A stretch of 26,698 bases of DNA from Anaerolineaceae bacterium (GTDB lineage Bacteria; Chloroflexota; Anaerolineae; Anaerolineales; Anaerolineaceae): contig JBGQAS010000001.1 in the NCBI GenBank assembly GCA_041494435.1, forward strand, positions 1-26,698. Reading direction: 5' to 3'. The notes under the pieces are model-generated. The model saw only the letters and a program-made list of their open reading frames with translations. It was not told the DNA's origin and did not search any database. Both the position numbers and the translations under genes were made by a program. Of this stretch, positions 7,303 through 16,579 are shown in pieces. Numbering within the stretch: position 1 is the first letter of the stretch; each line of letters opens with the position of its first letter.

Positions 7303-9867
7303 ATGCCTGCCTCACGATGGTATTTTAATCTTCAAGAATTTGGACAATTCAACCTTAATGAAAACAATCAAGATTTGAGGGAAGAGTTGTTGAGCTTATT
7401 GGGGAACCAGGAGAAAAATGAGAATTCTCCTGTTGCGTTCCAACAGACGGACGAATCCGAAGAAGGAATTCCTCCTATTCCCGAAGTTCTTCCCATCCTT
7501 CCTCTACGCGGTCTGGTAGTCTTCCCACAGACGGGAGTTCCACTGACCATCGGTCAACCCCGTTCCATTCAACTTGTGGATGAAGCCACGGCTGGAAAAA
7601 GGATGATTGGTCTATTGACTTCCAAGAATCCAGAGTCAGATAATCCAGATCCTAAAGAGCTATATCAAATTGGCACCGTGGCGGTGATCAACCGTTTGTT
7701 CCGGGCAACGGATGGGACGATCAGGTTATTAATTCAGGGACTGAGTCGATTCAAAGTTGTTGAATTCGTGCAAACCGATCCTTATCTGAAAGCCAAGGTT
7801 GAGCTTTACCCCGAGAAAATAGAAACCGGTCTCGAAGTCGATGCGCTTGCAAGGAGTGCTCGAGATCAATTTGAACACATCGCTGAGATGATCCCCTCCA
7901 TCCCTAGAGAGTTGGTGATCTCCGTAATATCCATTCAAGACCCCTTGCAAACTGTCTATACAATTTCCAATTTCCAAAGGATGGAACTGGCCGAAGCTCA
8001 GGGAATCCTTGAATTAGATTCCATCAATGACAAACTAAAGAAATTGGTCGCCCATTTAACCCGGGAAAGCGAAGTCCTTGAACTTGGTCAAAAGATACAA
8101 AACAATGCGCGCAACGAAATTGAGAAAGTTCAGCGGGAATACTTCCTCCGCGAACAGTTGAAAGCCATCCAAAAAGAACTGGGCGAATCGGACGAGCAGA
8201 CTGCTGACGTCAATGAATTCAAAGCCAAGATCGAAGCTTTGAAAATGCCCGAAGAAGCTGAAAAACAAGCCAACCGGGAATTGGAACGGTTATCCCGTTT
8301 GCCTACTGCTGCCGCAGACTATGGAGTCATACGGTCTTACCTCGAGTGGTTGGTTTCCCTTCCCTGGTCCACGGAGACGGTCGATGATTTGGATATTGCC
8401 CGCGCCCGGAAAATCCTCGACCAGGATCATTTCGGCTTGAAGGATGTCAAACAACGCATCCTGGAGTACCTGGCAGTTCGCAAGCTCCGCCTGGAGCGCA
8501 AAGAGGAATTCAACAAGAAACCCAGTAAGGATTTGATTCGTAAAGAACGCGAGGGCGTAATCTTGTGCTTCATCGGCCCTCCGGGAGTTGGCAAAACCTC
8601 ACTGGGTCAATCCATCAGCCGTGCCATGGGTAGAAAATTCATACGTATTTCGCTTGGTGGTGTGCGAGATGAAGCTGAGATCCGCGGTCACCGGAGAACT
8701 TACATTGGAGCACTCCCGGGTCGTATCATCCAAGCCATTCGACGTGTCGAATCAAGAAACCCCGTATTCATGATGGACGAGATTGATAAACTATCCTTTG
8801 ATTTTCACGGAGATCCAGCATCTGCTCTTCTGGAAGTACTCGATCCCGAACAGAACAATGAATTCCGGGATAACTATATAGAAGTCCCCTTTGATCTTTC
8901 ACAGGTAATGTTCATTACGACCGCGAATTCTCTAGAGACCATTCCTGCCCCCTTGCTGGACCGGATGGAAGTGATCCAGTTGGCTGGGTATACAGAAAAT
9001 GAAAAGATCGAAATTGCCAAGCATTACTTGATACCGCGGCAACTCCGTGAAAATGGCCTGCGAGCCAATGAAATTAAATTCACACCCCCTGCCATCCTGG
9101 CGATTATCCGGCAATACACCCGGGAATCCGGTGTTCGCAATCTTGAAAGAGAAATTGCCTCGGTTTGTCGTAAAGTTGTAACTCAATTCAAAGAAGGAAA
9201 AACGGAATTAAAAATGGTCAAACCGGCAGATGTTCGGCAGAGCTTGGGTCATCCCAAGTTCTTGGAAACCGAAGAAATTATCCGCCGGACGGCCATACCT
9301 GGGGTTGCAACCGGCCTGGCTTGGACACCCTCAGGTGGTGAAATATTATTTATCGAAGCCACAAAAATGACTGGTTCCAAGGGTTTCCAGATAACCGGTT
9401 CCATTGGCACCGTCATGCAGGAATCGGCTCAAGCCGCGCTTTCTTACGTCAGGTCCAAAGCAGCAGACTACGGAATTGATCCCGATTTTTACGCGAAAAC
9501 CGATATCCATCTCCATATTCCATCCGGGGCACAACCCAAAGATGGTCCATCAGCAGGTGTTACCATGGTTACCGCGCTGGTTTCATTGCTTTCACAACGT
9601 CTCGTGCGAGCTGATGTCGCCATGACAGGAGAGATCTCCCTGAGCGGTCAAGTACTTCCCATCGGCGGGCTGAAAGAAAAAGTTTTGGCAGCTCATCGTG
9701 CGGGGTTGAAAACCGTGATCATTCCGAAGCAAAACCTACCGGATATTGAAGATCTACCCAAAGAAATCAAACAGGGGATTGAATTCATCCCTGTCGAAAC
9801 AATTGGAGAGGTATTAACCAACGCCCTTGAAAAAAAACCAGAAAATAAAAACAGAAAGTCAAAATAA
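7303..9867 (+). CDS. lon: ATP-dependent protease La (LonA)
   Basis: N-domain LPILPLRG...VFP, Walker A GPPGVGKTS, RGHRRTYIGALPG, Walker B MMDEIDK, catalytic Ser in PKDGPSAG and Lys in GGLKEK. Confidence 0.98.
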   Translation: MPASRWYFNLQEFGQFNLNENNQDLREELLSLLGNQEKNENSPVAFQQTDESEEGIPPIPEVLPILPLRGLVVFPQTGVPLTIGQPRSIQLVDEATAGKRMIGLLTSKNPESDNPDPKELYQIGTVAVINRLFRATDGTIRLLIQGLSRFKVVEFVQTDPYLKAKVELYPEKIETGLEVDALARSARDQFEHIAEMIPSIPRELVISVISIQDPLQTVYTISNFQRMELAEAQGILELDSINDKLKKLVAHLTRESEVLELGQKIQNNARNEIEKVQREYFLREQLKAIQKELGESDEQTADVNEFKAKIEALKMPEEAEKQANRELERLSRLPTAAADYGVIRSYLEWLVSLPWSTETVDDLDIARARKILDQDHFGLKDVKQRILEYLAVRKLRLERKEEFNKKPSKDLIRKEREGVILCFIGPPGVGKTSLGQSISRAMGRKFIRISLGGVRDEAEIRGHRRTYIGALPGRIIQAIRRVESRNPVFMMDEIDKLSFDFHGDPASALLEVLDPEQNNEFRDNYIEVPFDLSQVMFITTANSLETIPAPLLDRMEVIQLAGYTENEKIEIAKHYLIPRQLRENGLRANEIKFTPPAILAIIRQYTRESGVRNLEREIASVCRKVVTQFKEGKTELKMVKPADVRQSLGHPKFLETEEIIRRTAIPGVATGLAWTPSGGEILFIEATKMTGSKGFQITGSIGTVMQESAQAALSYVRSKAADYGIDPDFYAKTDIHLHIPSGAQPKDGPSAGVTMVTALVSLLSQRLVRADVAMTGEISLSGQVLPIGGLKEKVLAAHRAGLKTVIIPKQNLPDIEDLPKEIKQGIEFIPVETIGEVLTNALEKKPENKNRKSK

Positions 9868-9886
9868 AGGAAATCTCAACAAGAGC

Positions 9887-10234
9887 TTGCGGATACTGTT
9901 GCTCGATGACGACCCCAGCATGAGTACCTTATTGAAAACGCTACTCACGTTGGAAGGATTTCAGGTGGAAGCATTCGAAGGCATGGATAGAGATGTCATC
10001 GAATTTATCCAAAGTGACAGACCCGATGTTTTAATCACGGATATTCATTTGCGGACCCATAACGGCATTGAAATTACCCGTTCCATCCGCACTCATCCCG
10101 ACTTAAATTATCTAAAAATCATCATCACCTCAGGTATGGATCAAGCAACGAAAAGCCTGGCAGCGGGAGCCAATTTCTTTTTGATGAAACCTTACATGCC
10201 TGATGAATTAATAAAGATGTTGAGAGAGAAATGA
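9887..10234 (+). CDS. Single-domain response regulator (receiver)
   Basis: ILLLDDD, LITDIHL (phospho-Asp), ITSG, LMKPY. Start uncertain: no ATG precedes the acidic pocket, so TTG 9887 or TTG 9827. Confidence 0.85.
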   Translation: MRILLLDDDPSMSTLLKTLLTLEGFQVEAFEGMDRDVIEFIQSDRPDVLITDIHLRTHNGIEITRSIRTHPDLNYLKIIITSGMDQATKSLAAGANFFLMKPYMPDELIKMLREK

Positions 10235-10734
10235 ATCCCATATCCGTTTGTATACTGACAGTTTCTGATCGCTCATTTCATAAATTAAGGAAAGATTTGA
10301 GTGGTCCCAAACTAAAGGAATTCATTGAGAAAAAAGGCTGGCAGGTTGTTGATACCCGTATCGTCCCTGACGAAATCCAAAAGATCCAAGAAGCACTCAA
10401 GGATTGGAGCGAATCCTCAACTTCCCCTCAAGTGATTTTAACTACAGGAGGGACTGGCTTTGCTCCTAGAGATGTGACCCCTGAAGCCACCCGCAAAGTC
10501 GTCGAAAAAGAGGCTCCGGGTTTGGCAGAATTGATGCGCTTCAAAGGGTTGGATACATCGCCTTACGCTATGTTATCTCGGGGAATTGTGGGGATCCACA
10601 AAAAGACAATCATCATTAACCTTCCGGGCAGTCCAAAGGCAGCTGTTGAAAGTATTTCCTCCATTTCCGAAATCCTTCCACATGCCATAGCGTTGTTAAT
10701 TGAAGATCCTGGGGCTGAGACTCAGCATTCCTAG
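10231..10734 (+). CDS. mog: Molybdopterin adenylyltransferase, MogA/MoaB family
   Basis: ILTVSDR, DLSGP, VPDE, TTGGTGFAPRDVTPEAT, SRG, NLPGSPKA. Confidence 0.92.
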   Translation: MNPISVCILTVSDRSFHKLRKDLSGPKLKEFIEKKGWQVVDTRIVPDEIQKIQEALKDWSESSTSPQVILTTGGTGFAPRDVTPEATRKVVEKEAPGLAELMRFKGLDTSPYAMLSRGIVGIHKKTIIINLPGSPKAAVESISSISEILPHAIALLIEDPGAETQHS

Positions 10735-10740
10735 CGAATT

Positions 10741-10757
10741 TGTAAGGAAATTGTTAA
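10741..10757 (+). promoter_or_regulatory. Possible OmpR/PhoB-family binding site (direct repeat TGTAAG-N5-TGTTAA)
   Basis: Two hexamers with 11-bp periodicity in the AT-rich region upstream of the small membrane protein gene. Confidence 0.3.
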
Positions 10758-10818
10758 TCATCTTCTTGATATTTAATATACAATACACTTATATAAAATA
10801 ATCCACTGGAGGATTTGA

Positions 10819-11052
10819 ATGGAAAAGAAACTAAAGCTTTTACGTTTTTGGTTGTTGGGTGTTTTCGTGATTCTGGCCGCAGCACTATTTGTTCTGTATT
10901 GGTTCGTAGTAACCGCAGCTAGCGCAGCAGCCCACGCAGCATTCTCACTCGGCAGGGTCTTTCTGGTAATTTGGCCCTATTGGCTTGGAATGGCAGTCCT
11001 TTTTGTCGTAGTATATTTTGTTTACAGAGCCATCATCAAAGGAAAGAAATAG
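10819..11052 (+). CDS. Small two-TM membrane protein of unknown function
   Basis: GGAGG SD at 10808-10812, 6 nt before ATG. Two hydrophobic segments with Lys-rich termini. Own AT-rich upstream region. Confidence 0.8.
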   Translation: MEKKLKLLRFWLLGVFVILAAALFVLYWFVVTAASAAAHAAFSLGRVFLVIWPYWLGMAVLFVVVYFVYRAIIKGKK

Positions 11053-11071
11053 CTATTACGAAATTCACACT

Positions 11072-11115
11072 AAAGCATCTTAAGCTATTTTCCACTAAAG
11101 CCTAAGATGCTTTTT
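11072..11115. terminator. Inverted repeat at a convergent gene junction, possible terminator
   Basis: AAAGCATCTTA (11072-11082) / TAAGATGCTTT (11103-11113) is a perfect 11-bp IR with a 20-nt spacer and a T run on the + strand. The stem is AT-rich and the loop is long. Confidence 0.35.
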
Positions 11116-12362
11116 ATATCGTCATTTTTCTTTATCCAGTAGAACTCCACCCCTTTCGATTTATACAATTCCGAGAGGCGTGGAGTTGTTTTTTTGTCTA
11201 AAAATGATTTGGGATCGATAAAGACAACAACCATTCTAATACCGCGTAGGAGTAAGTAATCCGTGGAAATCTCCAACTCATTAGCAGAAGAACTAGAAAC
11301 AAGGATCACGGTACTTCCTTTTACAAAATTTGCTTCCTGGCTTTGAACCAACCCCAAAAGGGGTAGCTTTCCCTTGCAATCAATAAACGCAAGTGCTTCG
11401 ATCACTTTTCCTAGTTGACGTTCTCCCCGCTCAGCTGTGAGATAGGAAAGGCTGCTGCCCATGCTGGCAAATCCCACTGCTCTACCCAGGCGGATGAAAT
11501 ATTTTACGATTGTGGCAGTGCTCGTGACTGCGTACTCAAATGTATCTGGCGGTAAATCGGTCTTGGGTATTTTTTGAATCTTGTCTGTGCGATTGCTTTC
11601 AAAGATTGAATTCTCGGGCGATTGAACTTGGGAGGATTCATTTGCATCCAGCAAAACCCAGATATTTGATTGTGGATCCTGATCGAATTCCTTTACCATT
11701 AACCTTTGCCTGCGGGCTGTGGATCGCCAGTGAATCCGGCTGAGAGAATCCCCAATTCGGTATTCCCTGACACTTGAAGCGTAAGGTGTAGCATCCTGAC
11801 TTGAGGTCCGCATCGCTTTTCCGCCCGAGAGCTGACCTGCAGGAGAAGAAAAATGATCGATGTCGAACTGAAGTGGGATTGTCAGTAGGTTATCCTTTGC
11901 GGGAAATATCCTTTCGGCATAAAACATCCCAAAAGGATCTCCCGTGCGGATTAACGTTGGTCCTAATGGAAATTCTCCTCTGTGAACCAACCTTGTGTTA
12001 ACCTGGAATATTTGATTTGAATGTGGTTTCATCATAATGAGAATGCGAGAGGCAATTGAACCAGGTAAAGCGGATTTATCGATTATTTCCACCCATAAAA
12101 GCCAAAAACGTCCAACATTCTTAACTTGGAAACGCTCTTCGAAGACCGATCCAACCTGTCGCTGCTGATTCCTTGAATTTCGGGTAACTACTGCTGCATT
12201 TCTAGTGAATAGAGTCCATAGGAAACTAATGATCGACAGCAATAGTCCAAAATAGAGTATTCTAAATAAGATGATTTCGTTGCTTAAAAGTGCAAAGATC
12301 AAACAAATTGTAGCTAATCCTGTAATTATCCAAACACTCTTTCGGACATGCATTGACAACAT
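11085..12362 (-). CDS. DUF58 domain-containing protein (MoxR partner)
   Basis: N-terminal TM pair, RGEFPLGP...DPFG, VREYRIGDSLSRIHWRSTAR and LMVKEF. Immediately downstream of MoxR. Confidence 0.92.
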   Translation of the reverse strand: MLSMHVRKSVWIITGLATICLIFALLSNEIILFRILYFGLLLSIISFLWTLFTRNAAVVTRNSRNQQRQVGSVFEERFQVKNVGRFWLLWVEIIDKSALPGSIASRILIMMKPHSNQIFQVNTRLVHRGEFPLGPTLIRTGDPFGMFYAERIFPAKDNLLTIPLQFDIDHFSSPAGQLSGGKAMRTSSQDATPYASSVREYRIGDSLSRIHWRSTARRQRLMVKEFDQDPQSNIWVLLDANESSQVQSPENSIFESNRTDKIQKIPKTDLPPDTFEYAVTSTATIVKYFIRLGRAVGFASMGSSLSYLTAERGERQLGKVIEALAFIDCKGKLPLLGLVQSQEANFVKGSTVILVSSSSANELEISTDYLLLRGIRMVVVFIDPKSFLDKKTTPRLSELYKSKGVEFYWIKKNDDIKSILGFSGK

Positions 12363-12378
12363 CTAGGATTATTCCATT

Positions 12379-13317
12379 TTAAGAAACGGCAATTGAATCC
12401 ATTATTTCCAAAATGATCATATTCGACGTAAGTCCATGCAATTTAGCTGCAGGTTGAACAATCACCCTGTGAGCCAGAACCTGTTCGGCAATTTCTTTTA
12501 TATCATCCGGGATCACATAGTCTCTCCCGCGAATAGCTGCCATTGCCTGCCCAACCCTGAAAAGACCCAGGCTTCCACGGGGACTCGCACCTAGATAAAC
12601 ATCGGAATGCTCCCTGGTGGCGCGGACAAAATCTACGATATACCTTTTTACAGGTTGTGAAACGAGAACGTGCTTGATTTGTTCTTGGGCTTTGATCACC
12701 TGGTTGGAAGATACAACCTCTTTCAAATCGTCGATAGGATGTCGGATTTGCTGACTTTCCAGGATTCTAATCTCTTCCAACATCAAGGGATATCCAAGGG
12801 TGACTTTCATTAAAAATCTGTCCAATTGAGCTTCAGGGAGAGGAAAGGTTCCTTCATATTCAATTGGGTTTTGGGTTCCAATAACCATGAAAGGCATTTC
12901 CATTGGATGGGTCACTCCATCAATGGTCACTTGCTTTTCCTCCATGACTTCAAGCAAGGCAGATTGTGTTTTGGGGGTGGCTCTGTTGATTTCATCAGCT
13001 AGTACGATTTGCGAGATCACCGGGCCTGGCCTGAATTCAAATTTCCGATTATTTTGGTTGTAAATTGACACTCCCGTGATATCACTCGGCAGCATATCGG
13101 GCGTGAACTGGATTCTGGAAAACTGGCATCCGATGGAACCCGCTAGGCTGCGTGCTAGCATAGTTTTACCCGTACCTGGGACATCTTCAATGAGTAAATG
13201 ACCCTGGCTGAGAAAACAAGCCAATACTTGTTCGAGGATCGACTTTTTGCCAATGATCACTTGCTCCAGGTTGGATATGATTGATTTCGAAAGGTTACTG
13301 ATTGTTTTTATTTCCAT
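12379..13317 (-). CDS. MoxR family AAA+ ATPase
   Basis: [73 protein letters not shown]. Start ATG 13317 chosen; 13329 possible. Confidence 0.96.
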   Translation of the reverse strand: MEIKTISNLSKSIISNLEQVIIGKKSILEQVLACFLSQGHLLIEDVPGTGKTMLARSLAGSIGCQFSRIQFTPDMLPSDITGVSIYNQNNRKFEFRPGPVISQIVLADEINRATPKTQSALLEVMEEKQVTIDGVTHPMEMPFMVIGTQNPIEYEGTFPLPEAQLDRFLMKVTLGYPLMLEEIRILESQQIRHPIDDLKEVVSSNQVIKAQEQIKHVLVSQPVKRYIVDFVRATREHSDVYLGASPRGSLGLFRVGQAMAAIRGRDYVIPDDIKEIAEQVLAHRVIVQPAAKLHGLTSNMIILEIMDSIAVS

Positions 13318-15724
13318 GATCTTCTTCATTTTTCGATTTTTTGTTGAGCAAAAAGACTACGCACATTCCGAGTAGAGTTAATCCTGATAAGACTGCCCCA
13401 TAATAACATGATTGAGGACGGTAATAGAATTGAATGGTGTGACGCCCAGCGGGGACATGGACAGATTGAAAAGTTATCATGCCAGGATAAATGGGAATTC
13501 TCTCTCCATCCATTAAGGCAATCCAACCGGGATAATAAGTGGATGAAAGCATCAACCAACCCGGATTTGAAGATTCGACTATTATCTCCTTTTGACTACC
13601 TGGTAAGAAAGTCGATTCATACTTGATTGGTTGAGCTGGTTTACACTGCTCTTTCTCTAAAAATCCTGGTGCTTCTACTATAAGAGTATTTTGAACGCTC
13701 TGCTTCGAATCATCCATGAGATTAATCAGCATCTCTTGAGAGTCATTAACATTCTGTGAGATTTGTACACACTCGTACCATTGATAGTCTTGTGAACCTT
13801 CTATTGGGTTGAGTTGAATTCCCATCCTCGAATCTGCGTTAAATTGTTCAACCCCAACAACATCCATTAGCCCAAGCAACTCAATCTGCTTTTGTCCCTG
13901 AAAGTTATTCAAAATATCTAAAAACCGTTGAAACCGATCCGGTACAAACGGGTCAAAATTATTTACAAGATTTATATTTGATAATAAATTCGTATTGGGT
14001 AGATTGACATTACGAATATTCTCCCAATCTTCTAAAGGCCGAAAATCATCAAACCGAAAAAACCTTCCAAATTTCAGATCATATTCCGAATTGGCAGGAA
14101 TCCAAATCCTTCCAAAAGCAACCGCAGTGTTTTCTCCCACCTCATCACCATAAAAGGACTGGTCTGTGGTAGGTATCAAAGGGAAGGTATTGAATAAGAG
14201 GTCACCAGAAATTACTAAAGTAACTGCACAAATCCAGATGAAAAAGTTGTTTCTTGAATTATAAGAATTAGCAATACTTAAAGTCATAAGGCAGAAAATG
14301 ATCAGCCCGATACTTACAAAAATCAATCCTCGAACTAAAGTGGCCAAATCCCCTTTAATAGTCAATGAACCAATTACGGATCCTGCCAAAATAGCAACTC
14401 CCGCCATTACTCCCAATCTGCAAATATATAACCATCTCCCCGTAGGAGCACGCCAGTATTCCACCCCATAGCCAGCAAGTAAAATGAGGCAAAATACTCC
14501 AATTATCATAAATCTGGCAGGGGCCTGGAAAAGGTTAAAAGTTGGAAAAAATCGGTACAAAAAGGGAAATATAGGTAAATTCTTCCCCAACGCTAAAAGT
14601 AGAGTAACGCCAAAGACGATCCAAAGAAAGGCGGAGACATTTCGATTCGGTCTATCTTTCTTAAACCATGATTTGATCGTTAAGAATGCAAGCATCAACG
14701 GAATGAACCCGAAATAAATAGCATCTTCCCAGAATGCTCCGAAACCCCAATAATCTCCCCTTGCGGGGTTGCCAAAGAACTCTGGAGAAAAGAAATTCAG
14801 AAGGTGTTCAGGCCAATAGGAATAGTTCAATGCCAATGCTATATCAACCGAAGAAGCTCTCGGTGTTTGTAATAGATATTCCAAGGTTGGTATCAACTGT
14901 ACGGCAGACAACATCACTGCGATAAAAGCGCAGACTCCCAAAACAACGATGGCTTTTACGGCACTTGTGAGTTTTCCTTGCTGCCAACCCCAAAATCCCA
15001 TCCAAACAATGGCAAACAAGAAGGTATACCAGGTCACCTGCGCATGCCCCGCCAATAGTTGCATGGCAATAACGATTATGAGCAATAGATAATTCTTGAT
15101 TTGGGTTCTTCGCAACTCATTTCTGGCCGGGTCTTCGATTCGCACGAATGGTTGGATTATCTTCAAACACACCAACATGATCCATGGGATCCAGGCTGTC
15201 GCCCAAATCATGCTTAAAAAATTCACTCTTGCAATGAAACAACCACTCAGTGCGAATGCCATTCCGCTTACCATTTGGGCAAATGGTTTCATCCCAAGTT
15301 TCCGGGTGAGGAATACCATACCCAGGCCCGCCCAGATGACATGCAGGTAAATCAGGAAAAACGCCCCGGTTGCCAAGCCCGGATTGCCCTTGAGTAGATA
15401 ACCAATAAAAGTAAACCAAATGGGAGGGTAGAAGAACGCCAGTTGGTAGTTGGCTATGAGGGGAGCACCCATTCCATTGCTCAGATTCCAAAGGGGCAGA
15501 ATCCCCTGGGTTATGTCAGACCATGCTGTGCTTAGCCAGGGTATGAATTGTGTCGAACCCGTACCCCAAAACAAGACTTGGCCTGAGAAGATCAGCGGGA
15601 GGAAGAGTATCGATGGAACCATCACAACTACCAGGAATGGCATTTTTTCAAAAACTCCAGCCGAACCTTGCACCGGGCGCGTGATCGGTTCTACAACCTT
15701 ATTTCCCTTGATCCAACTTTTCAT
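13295..15724 (-). CDS. YfhO family polytopic membrane protein (GT-C-like glycosyltransferase)
   Basis: About 12 or more hydrophobic segments, [32 protein letters not shown] and the C-terminal [13 protein letters not shown]...[14 protein letters not shown]. Start set at ATG 15724 because the longer start overlaps the divergent promoter. Confidence 0.85.
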   Translation of the reverse strand: MKSWIKGNKVVEPITRPVQGSAGVFEKMPFLVVVMVPSILFLPLIFSGQVLFWGTGSTQFIPWLSTAWSDITQGILPLWNLSNGMGAPLIANYQLAFFYPPIWFTFIGYLLKGNPGLATGAFFLIYLHVIWAGLGMVFLTRKLGMKPFAQMVSGMAFALSGCFIARVNFLSMIWATAWIPWIMLVCLKIIQPFVRIEDPARNELRRTQIKNYLLLIIVIAMQLLAGHAQVTWYTFLFAIVWMGFWGWQQGKLTSAVKAIVVLGVCAFIAVMLSAVQLIPTLEYLLQTPRASSVDIALALNYSYWPEHLLNFFSPEFFGNPARGDYWGFGAFWEDAIYFGFIPLMLAFLTIKSWFKKDRPNRNVSAFLWIVFGVTLLLALGKNLPIFPFLYRFFPTFNLFQAPARFMIIGVFCLILLAGYGVEYWRAPTGRWLYICRLGVMAGVAILAGSVIGSLTIKGDLATLVRGLIFVSIGLIIFCLMTLSIANSYNSRNNFFIWICAVTLVISGDLLFNTFPLIPTTDQSFYGDEVGENTAVAFGRIWIPANSEYDLKFGRFFRFDDFRPLEDWENIRNVNLPNTNLLSNINLVNNFDPFVPDRFQRFLDILNNFQGQKQIELLGLMDVVGVEQFNADSRMGIQLNPIEGSQDYQWYECVQISQNVNDSQEMLINLMDDSKQSVQNTLIVEAPGFLEKEQCKPAQPIKYESTFLPGSQKEIIVESSNPGWLMLSSTYYPGWIALMDGERIPIYPGMITFQSVHVPAGRHTIQFYYRPQSCYYGAVLSGLTLLGMCVVFLLNKKSKNEEDHGNKNNQ

Positions 15725-15835
15725 TGTCAATTCTTGAATATGTGATTCAACTACATTTTCCCGTAAATTACCTTTGTTCTCTCCATCATGAGTATACAAG
15801 AAAACTTGTGTTTGAATCGGGATGCGGATTTCCCC

Positions 15836-15864
15836 TTGCTTTATTTTCTTCAAACCTCTATAAT
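15836..15864 (+). promoter_or_regulatory. Sigma70-type promoter TTGCTT-N17-TATAAT for the zinc-ribbon/NACHT unit
   Basis: -35 TTGCTT at 15836-15841, 17-nt spacer, -10 TATAAT at 15859-15864, 12 nt before ATG 15877, no SD. Confidence 0.7.
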
Positions 15865-15876
15865 TTTTTCATTCGT

Positions 15877-16578
15877 ATGAGCAGCCCATTTCATCTTTAT
15901 CAACTTCAGAAAATCGATTCTCAATCTGATCTACTTGTACGTCGGATGAAAGAGATTCAAGTATTGATAAGCCAGGATGAGAAAAGCGCCGCGCTCTCAA
16001 ATGAAATCCACATCCTTGAATCTACCTTGAAGGATGAGAAATCCCATGCCGATAAGATTGAAACCTCCATCCAGCAACGGAAGATAAAGTTGGAACAGGC
16101 AAATTCCGTTCTTTATGGTGGAAAAGTAGTAAACCCTAAAGAATTGATTGATCTTCAAGCCGAGATTGAATCTCACAAAAAAGCAATCGTTCAGATGGAA
16201 GATGAACTGATGAATTCATTGGACCAGCAGGAGAAAACAAAAGAACAACAGAAAAGTACCCTGTATCAACTGGAAAAATCTCAAGCAGATTTTGATTCCT
16301 TACAAATAAAACTCCTGAATGAAAATGATATTAATCTGAAAAACTTGGATAGATTGAAGGTCGAAAGACAGGTTGCTTTATCCCAAATCAGCACGGAAAT
16401 GCTCAGCATTTATGAAGGTATCCGCCAAAAAAAGAAAGGGATTGCTGTTTCTCTCATTTCAGAACAGTCTTGTTCGGCTTGTGGTCATGAATTGACTCCC
16501 TCTGAAATCCAAACCGCCCGAACATCCCCAGGGCTCAGCTATTGCAGTTCCTGTGGGAGGATTCTATATTCAGAATGA
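15877..16578 (+). CDS. C4-type zinc-ribbon domain coiled-coil protein (DUF164/zf-RING_7 family)
   Basis: LYQLQKIDSQ N-terminus, long coiled coil, LYGGKVVNPKEL, C-terminal CSAC...CSSCGRIL. True start ATG 15877, downstream of the promoter. Confidence 0.92.
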   Translation: MSSPFHLYQLQKIDSQSDLLVRRMKEIQVLISQDEKSAALSNEIHILESTLKDEKSHADKIETSIQQRKIKLEQANSVLYGGKVVNPKELIDLQAEIESHKKAIVQMEDELMNSLDQQEKTKEQQKSTLYQLEKSQADFDSLQIKLLNENDINLKNLDRLKVERQVALSQISTEMLSIYEGIRQKKKGIAVSLISEQSCSACGHELTPSEIQTARTSPGLSYCSSCGRILYSE

Positions 16579-16579
16579 T

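Noticed and set aside
12368-12376. TGG-AATAAT 5 nt before the DUF58 ATG as a leaderless promoter
   Set aside because: It lacks the conserved first T of the -10, and the gene is more simply co-transcribed with moxR.
15751-15789. 12-codon minus-strand uORF MMERTKVIYGKM after TATACT
   Set aside because: The ATGs are only 1 and 4 nt from the -10, there is no SD, attenuator hairpin or biased codon run, and chance is likely.
15796-15809. Mini-hairpin ACAAG-AAAA-CTTGT
   Set aside because: Only 5 bp and AT-rich; expected by chance.
15724-15876. Long N-terminal extensions of the YfhO-like (to 15853) and zinc-ribbon (from 15724) ORFs
   Set aside because: They would overlap each other head-to-head and cover a consensus promoter; family homology begins at 15724 (minus) and 15877 (plus).
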